From contig NC_052175.1 in the NCBI RefSeq assembly GCF_902713615.1, positions 7,209,941 to 7,273,940 on the forward strand: a DNA stretch of 64,000 bases, written 5' to 3'. Of the stretch, positions 11,101-19,654 are shown piece after piece. Position 1 is the stretch's first letter, and each line of letters opens with the position of its first letter. The notes under the pieces were generated by a model. The model did not search any database. It was not told the origin of the DNA and worked only from the letters and a program-made list of their open reading frames with translations. The stretch is from Scyliorhinus canicula (taxonomy: Eukaryota). The translations under genes and the position numbers were made by a program.

Positions 11101-11868
11101 TTTGGAAAGAATAACAGAAATGCGGAATATTTGGCTAATGGTAAAATTCTTGGTAGTGTGGATGAGCAGAGGGATCTCGGTGTCCATGTACATAGATCCC
11201 TGAAAGTTGCCACCCAGGTTGATAGGGTTGTGAAGAAGGCCTATGGTGTGTTGGCCTTTATTGGTAGAGGGATTGAGTTCCGGAGCCATGAGGTCATGTT
11301 GCAGTTGTACAAAACTCTAGTACGGCCGCATTTGGAGTATTGCGTACAGTTCTGGTCGCCTCATTATAGGAAGGACGTGGAAGCTTTGGAACGGGTGCAG
11401 AGGAGATTTACCAGGATGTTGCCTGGTATGGAGGGAAAATCTTATGAGGAAAGGCTGATGGACTTGAGGTTGTTTTCGTTAGAGAGAAGAAGGTTAAGAG
11501 GTGACTTAATAGAGGCATACAAAATGATCAGAGGGTTAGATAGGGTGGACAGCGAGAGCCTTCTCCCGCGGATGGAGGTGGCTAGCACGAGGGGACATAG
11601 CCTTAAATTGAGGGGTAATAGATATAGGACAGAGGTCAGAGGTGGGTTTTTTACGCAAAGAGTGGTGAGGCCGTGGAATGCCCTACCTGCAACAGTAGTG
11701 AACACGCCAACATTGAGGGCATTTAAAAATTTATTGGATAAGCATATGGATGATAAGGGCATAGTGTAGGTTAGATGGCCTTTAGATTTTTCCATGTCGG
11801 TGCAACATCGAGGGCCGAAGGGCCTGTACTGCGCTGTATCGTTCTATGTTCTATGTTCTATGTTCTAT
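8191..11868 (+). mobile_element. CR1 family B, young 5'-truncated copy nested in the older copy
   Basis: Partial, frameshifted esterase ORF1 (8224-8884), intact ORF2, and a 3' tail of (TTCTATG)n. Flanked by GTGA on both sides. Confidence 0.93.
8866..11769 (+). CDS. CR1 ORF2p, APE endonuclease plus reverse transcriptase, open for 967 codons
   Basis: NARS, SETW, GDFN and SDH APE motifs. RT motifs NYRPVSLTS, QHGF, DFSKAFD, PQGSVLGP and FADD. The annotated start is TTG; the likely start is near 8884. Confidence 0.95.
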   Translation: MGGFKLILQGHGNLDFSFGVREIESIEVRSTDLTSQEGASVQVGGLKCVYFNARSIRNKVGELAAWVGTWDFDVVAISETWIEQGQEWLLQGPGFRCFSKFREGGKRGGGVALLVKDSITVAERMLDGDSSSEVVWAEVRNRKGEVTLLGVFYRPPNSSRDVEERMAKMILEKSESNRVVVMGDFNFPNIDWKRYSSSTLDGSFFVQCVQEGFLTQYVDRPTRGEATLDLVLGNEPGQVLDLEVGEHFGNSDHNSVTFTLVMERDKYTPQGKSYSWGKGNYDAIRHDLGCVSWTSRLQGLGTLDMWSLFKEQLLHVLDKYVPVRQGGRGRAREPWFTKEVETLVKRKKEAYVKMRREVSVGALDSYKEARKDLKRELRRARRGHEKSLAGRIKETPKAFYRYVRNKRMTKVRVGPVKDSGGKLCVEAEEISEILNECFSSVFTQEKDNIVEENAETQAIRIDGIEVRREEVLAILDKVKIDKSPGPDGMYPRILWEAREEIAEPLALIFRSSLATGIVPEDWRIANVVPLFKKGSRDNPGNYRPVSLTSVVGKVLERIIKDTIYNHLDRNNMIRDSQHGFVKGRSCLTNLIEFFEKVTEQVDEGRAVDVVYMDFSKAFDKVPHGRLLQKIQRLGIEGDLEMWIRNWLVERRQRVVVDGKCSEWSSVTSGVPQGSVLGPLLFVIFINDLEEGAEGWVSKFADDTKVGGVVDSAEGCGRLQRDIDKLQSWAERWQMEFNVEKCEVIHFGKNNRNAEYLANGKILGSVDEQRDLGVHVHRSLKVATQVDRVVKKAYGVLAFIGRGIEFRSHEVMLQLYKTLVRPHLEYCVQFWSPHYRKDVEALERVQRRFTRMLPGMEGKSYEERLMDLRLFSLERRRLRGDLIEAYKMIRGLDRVDSESLLPRMEVASTRGHSLKLRGNRYRTEVRGGFFTQRVVRPWNALPATVVNTPTLRAFKNLLDKHMDDKGIV

Positions 11869-13030
11869 GTGACTGAACAGGTAGACGAGGGTAGAGCAGT
11901 TGATGTGGTGTATATGGATTTTAGTAAAGCGTTTGATAATGTCGGCTATTGCAGAAACTACGGAGGCTGGGGATTGAGGGTGGTTTAGAGATGTGGATCA
12001 GAAATTGGCTAGTTGAAAGAAGACAGAAAGTGGTGGTTGATGGCAAATGTTCAGAATGGAGTTCAGGTACGAGTGGTATACCACAAGGATCTGTTCTGGG
12101 GCGGTTGCTGTTTGTCATTTTTATAAATGACCTAGAGGAGGGCACAGTAGGTTGGGTGAGTAAATTTGCAGACGACACTAAAGTCGGACGAGTTGTAGAC
12201 AGTGTGCAAGGATGTTGCAGGTTACAGAGGGACATAAATAAGCTGCAGAGCTGGGCTGAGATGTGGCAAATGAAGTTTAATGTAGAGAAGTGTGAGGTGA
12301 TTCGCTTTGGAAAGAAAAACAGGAATGCGGAATATTTGGCTAATGGTACAATTCTTGGCAGTGTGGATGAGCAGGGGGATCTCGGTGTCCATGTACATAG
12401 ATCCCTGAAAGTTGCCACCCAGGTTGATAGGGTTGTGAAGAAGGCCTATGGGGTGTTGGCCTTTATTGGTAGAGGGATTCAGTTCCGGAGCCATGAGGTC
12501 ATGTTGCAGCTGTACAAAACTCTGGTACGGCCACATTAGGAGTAATGCGTACAGTTCTCGTCGCCTCATTATAGAATGGACGTGGAAGCTTTGGAACGGG
12601 TGCAGACGAGATTTACCAGGATGTTGCCTGGTCTGGAGGGGAAATCTTATGAGGAAAGGCTGATGGACGTGAGGTTGTTCTCGTTAGAGAGAAGAAGGTT
12701 AAGAGGAGATTTAATAGAGGCATACAATATGATCAGAGGGTTAGATAGGGTGGACAGTGAGAGCCTTCTCCCGCGGATGGAGGTGGCTAGCACGAGGGGT
12801 AATAGATATAGGACAGACGTCAGAGGTAGGTTTTTTACAGTGGTGAGGCAGTGGAATGCCCTACCTGCAACAGTAGTGAACTCGCCAACATTGAGGGCAT
12901 TTAAAAGTTTATTGGATAAGCATATGGATGATAATGGCACAGTGTAGGTTAGATGGCCTTTATATTTTGACTTTCCATTTCGGTGCAACATCGTGGGCCG
13001 AAGGGCCTGTACTGCGCTGTATCGTTCTAT
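11869..13030 (+). mobile_element. CR1 family B, older host copy, right part (RT to 3' end)
   Basis: Begins gtgactgaacagg, the exact continuation of the left part. Has stops and small deletions. Ends tatcgttctat. Confidence 0.9.
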
Positions 13031-13471
13031 TGAACTGTACTGCACAGTACAGGCACTTCAGCCCACTATGTTGTGCCGACCATTTACCCCAATCTAAGAT
13101 CAACCTAACCTAAACCCGTTCAATTTACTGCTTTCCACTCTATCCATTCCTCACATCACCTTGTACACCTCGATCAAGTCACCTCTCTGCATTCTTCGCT
13201 CTAGTGAGAAAAGCCCTCGCTCCCTCAACCTTTCTTCATAAGACATGCCCTCAATACTAGGCAACATCCTGGTAAATCTCCTCTGTCGCCTCTCCAAAGC
13301 ATCCACATCCTTTCCATACTGAGGCGACCAGAACTGAAGACAATGTTCCAAGTGTGCTCAAACTAGAGTTTTATAAAGCTGCAGAAAAACCTCGCGGCTC
13401 TTAATCTCAATCCCTCAAGCGAATGAAAGCCAACACGCCTTCCCAACAACCGGATTACGCTGCGTGGCAAC
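13031..13471 (-). mobile_element. CR1 3' fragment
   Basis: Minus ORF 13151-13351 (CLQFWSPQYGKDVDALERRQRRFTRML) matches the CR1 ORF2 C-terminus. Confidence 0.8.
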
Positions 13472-13727
13472 TTAGTGTGTTTGGTCATTTGACTTCCTTC
13501 CAAGGAAACTACTATTTTCTGGAATATTTCCGGCCTGATCAACGAGGGACAGACCGATCCCGGTACAATGGAGGAGGGCAGAGCCTATAGCATCCAAAGT
13601 CACGTCACGGTGTCGAGAGAAACCTGGAGAAGCGTCGATATCTGTACTTGTCTTGTTCAACTTGGGTCTCCAGGGAAAAATTGGATAAAGAGCGTGTCGT
13701 TCGTCAAGGCAGCAGAATCATGGACAG
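13472..13727 (+). pseudogene. Ig C1-set exon remnant, paralog of 36079-36384
   Basis: LVCLVI*LPSKETTIFWNISG...YSIQSHVTVSRETWRSVDICTCLVQ aligns without gaps to the intact C1 (26 of 74 identical by hand). TGA at 13490-13492 sits opposite Gly. The 5' part is replaced by CR1. Confidence 0.8.
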
Positions 13728-14795
13728 ATGAGTTGGTGATCTGTGCAAGGAAGGCTTTCTTTCAACTTTTGCATGAATTCGCTTTATTTTGTAGCTTCTG
13801 AAAATCTGTAGATCACCAGATGTATAGTGTATGAATTTGTTGGTATGCGTTTGTGTTTGTGTCTGTGAATGTGTATGTCCGTTAACTTGTTAAAATGTGT
13901 CAAATTAAATTATAATTATATTTGCCCAGAATGGGTTCTTGTCTGGTAAACACTTTCTTGTCTCGCCTTACATTTCTGCAAACACCTTAGATGCTTTGAA
14001 CGAGGCACGCAAAAGGATCGAATTCGTTCGGTCCTGCCTCAGGTCTCCCTTTGAAAGTGCTGCCCGATTCGGACCACTGTTTTGCAATAGGCCTGTCATT
14101 TGTTCTCCTTCACATAAAAATGTAATACCCGTTTTGAAAGTTATTATTAAAACTGCTGTCACCACCGATTTCGCGCACATCTTGGACTGGAGTTGAGGTT
14201 GGTTCAACAATACAGGCGCTTTATAATCCGAAAAGAACACGAGGTTAAACGGACGCCTGTGCTTCAGTTACCTATTTTAGCACCCAGAAACTTACTGTTC
14301 AATGTTCAACTAGCTCGTGAAATCTATGTTAGTGTCTGTTTTACTTCCTGATATCAGTAATCACAAATAGCATCGCTGACCAGACAAGATCGTACGGGAT
14401 GGTGGAACAGGGTCGATGGGCTGAGTGGCCGAGTCCTGTTCATCTGCCCCTGGGATCCATCGGTTAACCGCAGATGTTGAAGCTTCACAGGATTTGGATT
14501 GTCCGAAACGGTTTGAATTGAGGAACGGTCAATAAATGTGGGAAACTTGGGGGTCTAACCACAAATCATTGGAGATCTTTAATAAATCACAGAGGATCCA
14601 TGGCCTTTGAAATAGCCGATTTATGTCCAAAACGATGAAGCAATGATGCAATTTAGCAACATTCTGTTTTACTAAACTGGATTACTTGTGCTTAGTTACG
14701 TGCACAGCATTGTCATATAAATGCGAAGACGTTGCGGAAAAATATTCACGAGAATGACCCGAAGGCTGAGGATATCCGAATAATGAATACAATTA

Positions 14796-15124
14796 GGGCG
14801 GCACGGTAGCTCAACTGGACAGCACTGTGGCGTCACAGCGCCAGAGTCCCAGATTCGATTCCCTGCTGGGTCACTGTCTGTGCGGAGTCTGCACCTTCTC
14901 CCCCCCTTGTCTGCGTGGGTTTCCTCCAGGTGCTCCGGTTTCCTCCCACTGTCCAAAGACGTGCAGTTTAGGTGGATTGGCCATGATAAATTGCCCTCAG
15001 TGACCAAAAAGGTTTGGAGGGGTTATTGGGTTCCGGGGACAGGGTGGAAGTGAGGACTTGAGTGGGTCGGTGCGGACTCGAAGAACCGAATGGCCTCCTT
15101 CTGCACTGTATGTTCTTTGTTCTA
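14796..15124 (+). mobile_element. HE1-like V-SINE
   Basis: tRNA-like head with A and B boxes, central gggtttcctcc...ccactgtccaaagac block, and a CR1-like tail. Confidence 0.85.
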
Positions 15125-15799
15125 ATTGAGAAACGGCAGTTGCTTTCTTAAGATAAGGAGCTTGAGGGGAGATTTTATCGAATTGTTGACAATTACATGA
15201 AAATTACAGTGCAGGTGGGAAGATACGATTCACCATGGCAGAGTGGCCGAGAGCCAGGTAGTGTCGATGCAAAAGAAGAAACAATGATAGGACGAAAATC
15301 ACTTGTGGGAGAAGGGAGGAGGTGGAATGTACTCAGAGCAGACATGCAGAAGAGATTTAATCACCGTGTTCAAAACTATGAGGGTTTTCGGTACAGGAAA
15401 CAAAGGAGAATATTTTTAGAGTCGGTAACCAAGCGGGTAGAGATTGAAGGTGATTGGTAAAATGAGAGAAACTATCTTTTCAGATCAGGTGAGGATTACT
15501 GTGTATTAGAGACATTGCAATACTTATTTCTCCATTGTAATTCCCTTCTGATAGTTTTCACTGAGTTAATTATATTTTTCTTTCAAAAGGCAGCGACAGT
15601 GGATGCCGTGATCAAAAGTGAGTAACAGATGTATTTACAAAGTTCACCACTATAATCGCATTCTCTTTCACACGACATCAAAACTATCGCATATCAAAAT
15701 CTGGTACCAACTGTGTCTACTGGCATTTTCTATGATGTTTGGAGTTGGCTTTTGTTTATTGTTACGTGTACCAAGGTGTTTTTTTCTGCGAACAGTTCA

Positions 15800-16027
15800 A
15801 TAGATCATTAAGTACATGAAAAAATGTAAATAAAGTAAAATACATAATAGAGCAACACAGGCTATACAATGTAACTACATAACACCGGCATCGGGTGATG
15901 TAAACAGCGTCGCAGTGTTAATGAGGTCAGTTCATATGAGAGTCGTTTGGAGTGTAGTAGCTGCGGGGAAGAAGCTGTTATTGAGTCAGTTCGTGCGTGT
16001 TCTCAGATTTTGAACCTCATGCCCGAT
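15800..16027 (-). mobile_element. Rex1-like LINE 3' fragment
   Basis: The reverse complement matches 26597-26690 (SGKRYKSL...RLKNSLFPAAIR region). Confidence 0.65.
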
Positions 16028-16031
16028 TCAA

Positions 16032-16348
16032 TATACACCAATAGACAATCTTATGTTCAAAGATGTACTGCGCCTGGGATTGCAGTTAGAATGTCTAACA
16101 TTCGTTTGGTATATTTTTCCACATCCAGTTTTAGCTTGAGCAAGCCAAGGCAAAGAAACTGCCGGAATGAGCGACAAAAGGATAAGTTTCTTGAAATATT
16201 TGCGCAGATTAGATGCTGGAATTGGGAAACTGAAAAGTTTAATTCCCGTATTGCTTGAAGATTGTGGAGAAAACACGTATCGATGATTTGTTGGGTCTTG
16301 CATCCATCAACAATTAGCACAATTATGAAAATCGTAAATTCTCCAACT
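16032..16348 (+). pseudogene. Decayed Ig C1-set exon of the CxVxHPS type
   Basis: LQLECLTFVWYIFPHPVLA*ASQGKE...KSLIPVLLED, then one frameshift near 16260, then WRKHVSMICWVLHPSTISTIMKIV. TGA at 16137-16139 falls at the expected Trp position. Confidence 0.5.
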
Positions 16349-17283
16349 GTGCGTTGGTCCTGAGGAGAAGGCAATGCACCTGTTTGAGCTCTGATTGGTT
16401 TCATTGCTTGCATGGAGAATGCGCGAGATAACTGATGATTCCACTTAATGCCAAGATTAGTTGAAATGTAAAAGAGGTATTTCGACTGATTGTCTTGGGG
16501 AATGAATCATAGAATGGCTTCCGCCTATTTTGTTTAGTTGGAAAATCCACAATGTGTACACACACGTTCTTTCTGCAAACAACGTACGCTTTCCACCATC
16601 AGCAGTTGATATAATCACTTTCCATATTTTTGTCTCATATGAGGGGCAATATTTGTGTGAATATTTTGTGTGAACATTAGGAAACACTCTTGCAGTGATA
16701 TACCCGTTGGACAGGAGACAACAGGCATTGGTGCTGGTTAGCGCTAATCCACTTACTGGCGAATTGGATTCCTTTGAATAATTGCAGAATATTTGTCATT
16801 TTTGCAAGAGTTTAGGGATTGTGAGTGATTTGAAGATAGTGGCTTATTGACATATCGGAGTATTTGGCACTTTGTTGGTCATTGGTGGAAGTCGTCTCTG
16901 TAATTAATAATCGATTATGTACACAGTGATGCCATTTCAAATCATTTTTGATCATTCACATACAGGGGGCCACCGTGAAGCAGCGGCAAGGCGGACAACC
17001 CAGAAGTGAGTGTAGTGAATTCCTTATACTGAAACGCAGATAAAATATTTCTGCATTCGTGCACAAGGTACCTCCTGCAGTTATTTCACAGTTCTCAAAG
17101 AATAGCTCACAGACAAGAGCAGCTGAATTTTCAAAACCTTAGCGCACTCGCCATCTGATAATACATTTGGTGCTCTAATGCTCCGGCTAGACTTTTTCCT
17201 CAATCTTGGTTTGCAGCAGTTTATATTTAAGATTTTCCATTTCTTGATTATCTTTTAACTTTGTTCGTCCGTCTGGCAGGTTT

Positions 17284-17630
17284 TAGAACATAGAACAGTA
17301 CAGCACAGAACAGGCCCCTCGGACCCCGATGTTGTGCCGAGCAATGGCCACCCTACTCAAACCCACGCATCCACCCTATACCCGCCACCCAACAACCACC
17401 CCCCCCCCTTAACCTTACTTTTTAGGACACTAAGGGCAATTTAGCATGGCCAATCCACCTAACCCGCATATCTTTGGACTGTGGGAGGAAACCAGAGCAC
17501 CCGGAGGAAACCCACGCACACACGGGGAGGACGTGCAGACTCCACACAGACAGTGACCCAGCCGGGAATCGAACCTGGGACCCTGGAGCTGTGAAGTATT
17601 TATGCTAAACACCATGCTACCGTGCTGCCC
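17284..17630 (-). mobile_element. HE1-like V-SINE
   Basis: Complete head to (TTCTATG)n tail on the minus strand. Confidence 0.88.
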
Positions 17631-17724
17631 CGAAGTCTTTTGAAATCTTCTACACACTCATTTTGTTTCTGGTAAATATATCATACACTGGAATTACAAT
17701 AAGTATAAGACCAATGCATACATT

Positions 17725-18030
17725 CCTATAGTGCAGAAGGAGACCATTCAGCCCATTAATACTGCCCAAGCATCTGAAAGAGCAACCCACCGAGGGCCAT
17801 TCCCCCGACTTATCCCCGTAACACCCCCTAACCTGCACATCCAGAAACTAAGGGAGAGTTTTCGAGTGGCTAATCCATCTAATCTGCCCATGTTTGGACT
17901 TGGGAGGAAACCGAGGCGTTCGAAGTAAACCTACGCCGACAAGGGGAGAAAGTGCAGACAGTCAACCAAGGCTGCAATTGTACCCGTCTCCCTGGCACTA
18001 AAAGGAAACAGTGCTAACCACGGCGCCAAG
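17725..18030 (-). mobile_element. Degenerate V-SINE
   Basis: Colinear with the other copies but diverged. Confidence 0.7.
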
Positions 18031-18104
18031 GGGACGCCAAAGCACTGGGAAGATAAAATCGTTGTGGTAAACTGACAAAATGAATTACATTGGGAGAATA
18101 CCTA

Positions 18105-18232
18105 TGCTTGTGTGGTTGTCTGCGTGTGCGTTTGTATGTGTGCGTTTGCATGTCTGTATGCATTTGTGTGTCTGTCTGTGTGTGCGTCTGTGAGTGGTGG
18201 GTATGTGTGCGCATGTATGTGTGCGAGAGAGG
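18105..18232. repeat. Degenerate (TG)n microsatellite
   Basis: Interrupted gtgtgc/gtatgt runs. Confidence 0.85.
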
Positions 18233-19298
18233 GAGTAAGAAAGAAACAAGGAGGCAGTTTTTGGTACATACATTAGCGACTGGAATTTCAAAGACGAAAA
18301 GCCAAAACTAGGGTAGATAAATCGAGACATTTCCAATGGTCCGATGTTTCAAATCGAAATATGCGTGTATCTGTGTGCATGTGTTTGTCCGTATGTGTTT
18401 GTTTCTGAGATAACGTGGGCATGATTGTCAGCGATTAGTTCGTCGGGATCTATTTAACTATAGCCCACGCAGCCCCAAACCTCCATCACTGAGATGACGT
18501 TTAAAATAAAACGTTTAAAGGCTGTGATTTCAAGTGGGATGCAATATGTAATCGGCAATATTCAAAAGAGGAAATGGCGCAGTTACCATCTCTGGCTTGT
18601 TTGATAATTAATCCTCAACCAGCAGCACACAAGCAAAATAACATAGGTTGTTGTCGTCAGACTATTCATGTGATCTTACTGTGTACAAACTGCTTGCTGT
18701 ATTTCCTGCATTACAAACAGTGACTATGCTTCAGGAAATTGGCGTTCAGACGATTTGAACATTCCGGTGGTCCGAGATATGCACAGTCCTATCAATTGGT
18801 TGTGACATTCACTGGATATCATTAATTCTCTAGACCTGGCCAATTGTGCAGATGGCCATGTTAAAACATAACAACTGGATTGACTGCAACACATCATCAT
18901 AATTGTCGGCAATTAGGAGACTCGCTGTTTCTAGACTGAGTATTGGCGATTTCTGGGTTAAGTTTTTTTCGACGTCAAATTCTTTCCAACCAAATTTCAA
19001 TTCAGAGCAATCTTACAAAGCACATGAAACAACAAAAAATTAAATAAGCACAGAGACTAATACTGAAAAACGAATTAGATAAATACTCGAAAGGGAGATA
19101 ATGCAGAAATAGTGGGGAAGGAACGGGTCGAGAAGGACTAATTGGATCACTGACTCAAGAATCTGCACAGATTCAATGCACTGAATTGCCTCCGACATCA
19201 TTCCGGTATCATTTTATGATTCTATCAAATGTAATTGCAGGACGGACTAACTTGATCTTAATTTTATCTATTTTTCAACGCTGGTATTTATTTCCCAG

Positions 19299-19358
19299 TC
19301 TTCGGGTCTCTACGCCTCCCTGGATTTGGCCGCATTGGAAATAAGGTCAATAAAGTAG
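19299..19358 (+). pseudogene. Terminal cytoplasmic exon paralogous to 4904-4978 (SSGLYASLDLAALEIRSIK*)
   Basis: Acceptor tttcccag ends at 19298. TAG at 19356-19358 aligns with AAG (Lys) in the 4904 copy. AATAAA at 19445-19450. Confidence 0.6.
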
Positions 19359-19654
19359 GCGGGTCGCAAAGGAGAACCGGGATATTTCCCTCTGGTGAAT
19401 TATGGAGGATACAGGATTTGCCAATGAACAGACTGCCTTAGCGAAATAAATATTAAACCAAATAGACACCTGTCAAACAAAGAGACTTCCCGCGATATTC
19501 AGCACAGTTTTAAAAGACTGGCTCATTATGCCAATTGTGAAACGAGATTTCTTGAGCATTGCGAAAGATGTACCACGGTTTGAATGTAACTCGAATGTGA
19601 AATGAAACACGAGGGACTTCTCTGGGTTTATGTTAATCTTCGCTGCGCACCCTA

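Noticed and set aside
14796-14875. tRNA genes at SINE heads
   Set aside because: They have A/B boxes but no complete cloverleaf, and all continue into SINE bodies.
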